Below, piece after piece: positions 48,948 through 52,889 of a DNA stretch of 52,889 nucleotides. The translations under genes were made by a program, and so were the position numbers. Numbering within the stretch: the stretch's first letter is position 1; every line of letters starts with the position of its first letter. This DNA is from a virus (Duplodnaviria > Caudoviricetes). The stretch spans positions 1 through 52,889 of the IMG/VR virus record IMGVR_UViG_3300006754_000026. One strand, written 5' to 3'. The notes beneath the pieces are model-generated. The model saw only the letters and a list, made by a program, of their open reading frames with translations. It ran no database searches and was not told the origin of the DNA.

Positions 48948-49236
48948 CTTCCTGGGTTCCTTCTTTGATCATATCAAAAAGATCATTTTTATCATCCATC
49001 GTTAATCCAATATCACTTTTCTGTTTTCGTTGAATTATAGATGATATTTTAACGAGTTGTTCATTTGATCGTTGTAGGGTCTCTACATATTTTGCTGCGG
49101 TGAGTCCGACTGTCATATGCCGCTCTTCGTCTCCACTCAAATAAACCACAACATCATCCAATAATCGACGAGTTATATCGCGATCATCTTCAATATTTTT
49201 AATAGCTTTTTCTAAATATTTTTCTAAATCTTTCAT
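48937..49236 (-). CDS. Hypothetical helical protein
   Basis: 99-aa ORF with ATGA overlap to the sigma factor gene. Confidence 0.7.
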   Translation of the reverse strand: MKDLEKYLEKAIKNIEDDRDITRRLLDDVVVYLSGDEERHMTVGLTAAKYVETLQRSNEQLVKISSIIQRKQKSDIGLTMDDKNDLFDMIKEGTQEDGN

Positions 49237-49979
49237 AAATCGCCTTTATTCCATTTAGTTTTGAAAATACGATATCTGTGCCTCAACTTATTAAGCGAAT
49301 TAACAATTTGCTTAGTATTAAGTCCAGTGATTTCGCGTATATACAAATAAATAGCTTTCTTATTAAAAATTTCAATATCTTCGGAGCTTTGAAGCAATAT
49401 TTTTATGGCTTCTAAAACTTTTCGTTCGTTAGGTTTTAATTTTAACTTATCCCAAGTATCAATTTCAACCCACAAAAGAGACCAAAATTCTTTCCATTCT
49501 CTTTCGGTATCATAAGTCATTTCTGAAGAAATGAATTTCATTTCTAATTCTTTAGTTAAATCCTCAAATTGAGTTTCCCTCTGTCGACTACGTTTATTTT
49601 TTTTAACTTTTTGAATAAACCAATTTTTGGTGATCACTGAAAAATATGAAAAAGCTTTTGATCCTTTTGAGGGGTCAAACTTATCCAGCACAGTCGTTAA
49701 CCACACTTTGCAATCGTCTCGCAATGTATCAATATTTGGCAAAACTGTAAAACGATAAGTAAAAACAATTTTATCCACCATTTCATTAAAAGCTGGCTGA
49801 ATAAATTGAATATATAATTCTGTGCGACGTTTGTTGTCGGTAATGTTATTGTATTCTACAATGGCATCTTCGTGTACTTGCGTAAAGTACATACGAGGAT
49901 TTTTGGTTCTTCTTATTCGTCTATATTTGGTCTTTTTAGTTTTCTTCTTGGATACGGTAGGAGTATTTTTCGTCGTCAT
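49233..49979 (-). CDS. Phage late-transcription sigma factor, T4 gp55-like
   Basis: Sigma region-2-like KFDPSKGSKAFSYFSVITKNWFI; AAGGA upstream. Confidence 0.72.
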   Translation of the reverse strand: MTTKNTPTVSKKKTKKTKYRRIRRTKNPRMYFTQVHEDAIVEYNNITDNKRRTELYIQFIQPAFNEMVDKIVFTYRFTVLPNIDTLRDDCKVWLTTVLDKFDPSKGSKAFSYFSVITKNWFIQKVKKNKRSRQRETQFEDLTKELEMKFISSEMTYDTEREWKEFWSLLWVEIDTWDKLKLKPNERKVLEAIKILLQSSEDIEIFNKKAIYLYIREITGLNTKQIVNSLNKLRHRYRIFKTKWNKGDL

Positions 49980-50304
49980 CGTACATTATTTCCTTCATTT
50001 CTAAAATGGGGAAATAATCGACCTTATAATCTTCGAAAGTCTCTATTAAAGCTTTTCCGTGACGTATAAGATCTCGCAATGTTTCGTCCCCATAAAACAT
50101 CTCCATTTCATGAACCCCGTCGACATGTTTTATATATGTTTCCATAACTTCTTTTAACTCTTCTATGCCGGAAATTAAATCAAATGTATATTGTTCGGAG
50201 GCTCGAATTTGACTAAGAGCTTCTTTAATATACCATATTAAAAATATAATAATAGAAAACAACAAAAAAGAAGTCACACTTAACAGGATGGATAAAATTG
50301 TCAT
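49936..50304 (-). CDS. Hypothetical membrane-anchored protein
   Basis: N-terminal hydrophobic helix; TAATG coupling. Confidence 0.65.
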   Translation of the reverse strand: MTILSILLSVTSFLLFSIIIFLIWYIKEALSQIRASEQYTFDLISGIEELKEVMETYIKHVDGVHEMEMFYGDETLRDLIRHGKALIETFEDYKVDYFPILEMKEIMYDDDEKYSYRIQEEN

Positions 50305-50561
50305 TAATATTCCACCTTTTTTAGCCGATCTTTTTCTTGTTGCAACTGTTGTTTATTTTTTTCAATATATTCTTCAACTAATGATCCCACCTTCTTACCT
50401 TTCAGCGGTTTATCTTGCGCAAGAATCGTCGGCATAGAAATAAGCTTTTTAAGAGTATTATCCGAGGCGCAAAAGGTACAGTTTTCTAATCTCTCTTTAA
50501 TAGAATGACTTATTTCAAATTCTGTTTTGCAGTTTTCGCAATAATAACAATATTTAGGCAT
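50304..50561 (-). CDS. FmdB-family zinc-ribbon protein
   Basis: MPKYCYYCENC...FE...CTFC...LKKLIS pattern. Confidence 0.78.
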   Translation of the reverse strand: MPKYCYYCENCKTEFEISHSIKERLENCTFCASDNTLKKLISMPTILAQDKPLKGKKVGSLVEEYIEKNKQQLQQEKDRLKKVEY

Positions 50562-50754
50562 TCTCGGGAGTTCCCTCTTCGGATTCGTTGTCTACCTCAT
50601 TAAAATGTACTACGGGAGGATTTTCCACCATCAATCCATTCTCTGTGTCGACTAAATCAAACCCAGCCAGGACTGGCCCGATGTCTGATTGTTCCATGAT
50701 TGATTTTTGAAGAGCCATCATGATTGCTCCAAGTGCTTGATTGCTAAGTTTCAT
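50554..50754 (-). CDS. Hypothetical protein
   Basis: Start placed at ATG 50754 (MKLSNQ), which follows AAAGGAGA and the promoter. Confidence 0.7.
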   Translation of the reverse strand: MKLSNQALGAIMMALQKSIMEQSDIGPVLAGFDLVDTENGLMVENPPVVHFNEVDNESEEGTPENA

Positions 50755-50787
50755 TATATATATCTCCTTTATGAACTTACTTACTAT

Positions 50788-50816
50788 ATTATAACCCATT
50801 ATTAACTAAAAGTCAA
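50788..50816 (-). promoter_or_regulatory. Sigma70-type promoter TTGACT-N17-TATAAT
   Basis: -35 at 50816-50811, -10 at 50793-50788, intergenic, upstream of an RBS. Confidence 0.8.
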
Positions 50817-50837
50817 GGTTTTAACTGAAAAGTGTGT

Positions 50838-51659
50838 TTATTTCCCATTAACAACTCCCGGTATAGCTAACCAATCGCTATTAATACGAACTTCTAAATT
50901 TTTTTCCCATGCTGCTTCCAGCATTAGCGGCGAAATGCCTAAAGATTTACTATATTCTATAAAAGCATTTAAATCTTTGGGAAAACATTTGCCGCCGAAT
51001 CCTTTTTTTCCATCCGGGCCAGGGCATTGAGTATGCATGTGATTTACCCACCCGGAGGATAATAAACCCCCCAATGCGACAGGCCAATCTATATTCTCTA
51101 TTTCTGCGGTCTGTTTAAACTCATTAATAAGTGAAATTTTAGCCGCGAAGAAGCAGTTACAAAAATATTTGATAAAACAGGCGGTTTTTGCATCTGTTAA
51201 GATATAGTTGGTATAGGTATCAGGAAAGATTCTTTCATAAATATTAAAAATATGGTTCACCGCCTCCGGGTCTCCCCCTAATACTATGCGGGAAGGATTT
51301 TTAAAATCTTCTACAGCAGTGCGCTCGGTAAGAAACTCAGGATTAAATACAAGTGTGTGTTGGGAAAAGGATTTTATTAAATCAAGGGCGCCAGCAGGAG
51401 TGATAGTAGATTTAATTATTAGAGTTTTATGACCTCCCAACTCTTTGATGGCCGCTTTGACTATCGAAAGATCGAGATTACCTTTATTATCCATCGGAGT
51501 TGGTACACAGATAAAAATATATTTTAAATTGTATAACTCTTGAAGAATATTTGGGCTCTTTTGGGGATTCTTATCATAAACAATCATATTATAATGATTT
51601 TTGAACCCTTCATTAATAGCATTTCCTACAAAACCATTGCCGACAATTCCTATTTCCAT
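50838..51659 (-). CDS. UDP-glucose/GDP-mannose dehydrogenase family protein (short form)
   Basis: GIVGNGFVG Rossmann motif, FICVPTP, IKST, FNPEFL, catalytic GFGGKCFPKD; only 273 aa. Confidence 0.88.
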   Translation of the reverse strand: MEIGIVGNGFVGNAINEGFKNHYNMIVYDKNPQKSPNILQELYNLKYIFICVPTPMDNKGNLDLSIVKAAIKELGGHKTLIIKSTITPAGALDLIKSFSQHTLVFNPEFLTERTAVEDFKNPSRIVLGGDPEAVNHIFNIYERIFPDTYTNYILTDAKTACFIKYFCNCFFAAKISLINEFKQTAEIENIDWPVALGGLLSSGWVNHMHTQCPGPDGKKGFGGKCFPKDLNAFIEYSKSLGISPLMLEAAWEKNLEVRINSDWLAIPGVVNGK

Positions 51660-52598
51660 TTATTTGATTTCCTTTTTAATAAAATGATGGCTATCTTCGT
51701 CTATCGAGACCACTCGGCACCTGCGCAGATTAGATACCAGATCTATTGAGGGTTTCACGGCGTCGATTCCAAATCCATGTCCCTCTAAAATATGGTGATA
51801 ACTTTTAGTATGGAGATCATTAAAGCCTTTGCTGAAATCGAATTCCTTTTCTTCTATTTTTAACGACCGATATGTCCTTTCGCCTTTTTCCTTGACGTTG
51901 GTGGGGAGATATTTCTCATTGCAGCTCAAAAACCATCGGACATTGGCACGCTCTAAACGAAGATATCCCGACATTATATCTTTTTTGGAGACATAAAGTT
52001 TATTTTGCACGACCGGACCGAAGATCCACGTTAACATATCAAAAAAATGTACGCCAATGTTGGTCGCAAGGCCGCCAGATTTACTTTTATTCCCTTTCCA
52101 CGAATAATGATACCACAACCCGCGCGAGGTTATGTAAGAAAGATCGATATCATAGATTTTATCAGGCTCAATGTCTCTTTTTAGATCCTCAATGGCGCCG
52201 TGAAGACGAAGTTGTAAAATATTATTGATTTTTTTACCGCTTTCTTGTTCTAAAATGTTCAAAAAATGAATATTTTCAGGATTCAATACCAAAGGTTTTT
52301 CACAAATTACGTCGCAATGATTGCGGAGACCCATGCGAATGTGTGAATCGTGTAAATAATTGGGAGAACAGACGGAAAGATAGTCTAAACCATTCCCTCG
52401 TCGTCTTAATTTATCAATATGTCGGTCAAACCTCTCTATTTCGGTAAAAAAAGAGGCTTTTGGATGATAAAAATCTAAAATTCCCACTGAATCATGGGGA
52501 TCTAAGGCCACTTCTAAAATATTACCGGTTTCTTTAATGGCTTTCATGTGTCGGGGTGCGATATACCCGGCGGCGCCAATTAATCCGAATCTTTTCAT
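51660..52598 (-). CDS. wbpB: Gfo/Idh/MocA oxidoreductase, WbpB/WlbA-like (UDP-GlcNAcA 3-dehydrogenase)
   Basis: MKRFGLIGAAGYIAPRH, PNYLHDSH, CEKPLV, NIGVHFFD; start ATG 52598 (ATGA overlap). Confidence 0.85.
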   Translation of the reverse strand: MKRFGLIGAAGYIAPRHMKAIKETGNILEVALDPHDSVGILDFYHPKASFFTEIERFDRHIDKLRRRGNGLDYLSVCSPNYLHDSHIRMGLRNHCDVICEKPLVLNPENIHFLNILEQESGKKINNILQLRLHGAIEDLKRDIEPDKIYDIDLSYITSRGLWYHYSWKGNKSKSGGLATNIGVHFFDMLTWIFGPVVQNKLYVSKKDIMSGYLRLERANVRWFLSCNEKYLPTNVKEKGERTYRSLKIEEKEFDFSKGFNDLHTKSYHHILEGHGFGIDAVKPSIDLVSNLRRCRVVSIDEDSHHFIKKEIK

Positions 52599-52889
52599 GT
52601 TTGCTCCATAAATTTGGTGATATATTGGACTACGTTTTCTCTTTCGTTCTCGGATAAGCCTGGATAAATAGGAATTGAAATGACTTCTGCACATCTTTGT
52701 TCCACATTGGGCAATCTTTGGCCATTTTCGAATAAAGGTTGTTTGTGAAGAGGTATAGGATAGTAAATGGCGTTCCCAATGCCTTTTTCATCTAAAAATT
52801 CTTTCAATTTATCTCTCTTGGGGGTGCGCAAAGTATATTGATTCCATGAATGACCCAAAATATGTCTAGGCGAGATAAGATTTTCCATA
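52595..52889 (-). CDS. DegT/DnrJ/EryC1/StrS aminotransferase (WbpE/WlbC-like), C-terminal part only
   Basis: HSWNQYT...RDKL...GI...IYYPIPLHKQP...VISIPIYP. Confidence 0.82.
   Translation of the reverse strand, partial: MENLISPRHILGHSWNQYTLRTPKRDKLKEFLDEKGIGNAIYYPIPLHKQPLFENGQRLPNVEQRCAEVISIPIYPGLSENERENVVQYITKFMEQT

Noticed and set aside
52599-52694. N-terminal extensions in the ORF track (wbpB; also 3771, 5941, 26893, 50799)
   Set aside because: They overlap upstream genes or promoters; downstream ATGs have better RBS or coupling and match family N-termini
1-52889. Genome-wide stop-codon reassignment (code 4, 25 or 15)
   Set aside because: TGA ends several genes at ATGA/GTGA overlaps or conserved C-termini (6285, 7113, 13252, 22910, 49233, 52595), TAG ends others (141, 10510, 21837, 46274), and coding density is already near complete under code 11
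1-52889. tRNA/rRNA genes, integrase, transposase or defence systems
   Set aside because: Intergenic gaps are at most about 80 bp and AT-rich; no such motifs were recognised by eye

Overview
A 52.9-kb segment of a large myovirus-type (T4-superfamily-like, probably jumbo) dsDNA phage. All credible genes are on the minus strand and tightly coupled (TAATG/ATGA overlaps, AAGGAG/GGAGG Shine-Dalgarno sites, standard code 11). In transcription order (right to left): nucleotide-sugar genes (WbpE/DegT-like aminotransferase, WbpB-like dehydrogenase, short UDP-glucose-dehydrogenase-like protein); a sigma70-promoter operon with an FmdB-like zinc ribbon and a gp55-like late sigma factor; a ~37-kb baseplate/tail module (two different M15 Zn-peptidase proteins, HxH spike, gp25- and gp6-like wedge, giant LamG proteins); RuvC-like resolvase, primase and a fused SbcD-SbcC nuclease/ATPase; a holin plus two membrane coiled-coil proteins; large terminase, portal with (GGDL)12, and small proteins. 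The most notable points are: a single in-frame TGA interrupting an otherwise continuous 1,322-codon virion gene; a spanin-like cassette with no lipoprotein; dense [S/T]-G-[S/T] motifs in virion proteins near sugar-pathway genes; a reelin-like domain in a tail protein; and a candidate late promoter that is the reverse complement of the T4 consensus. All product calls come from motif recognition, not database searches.
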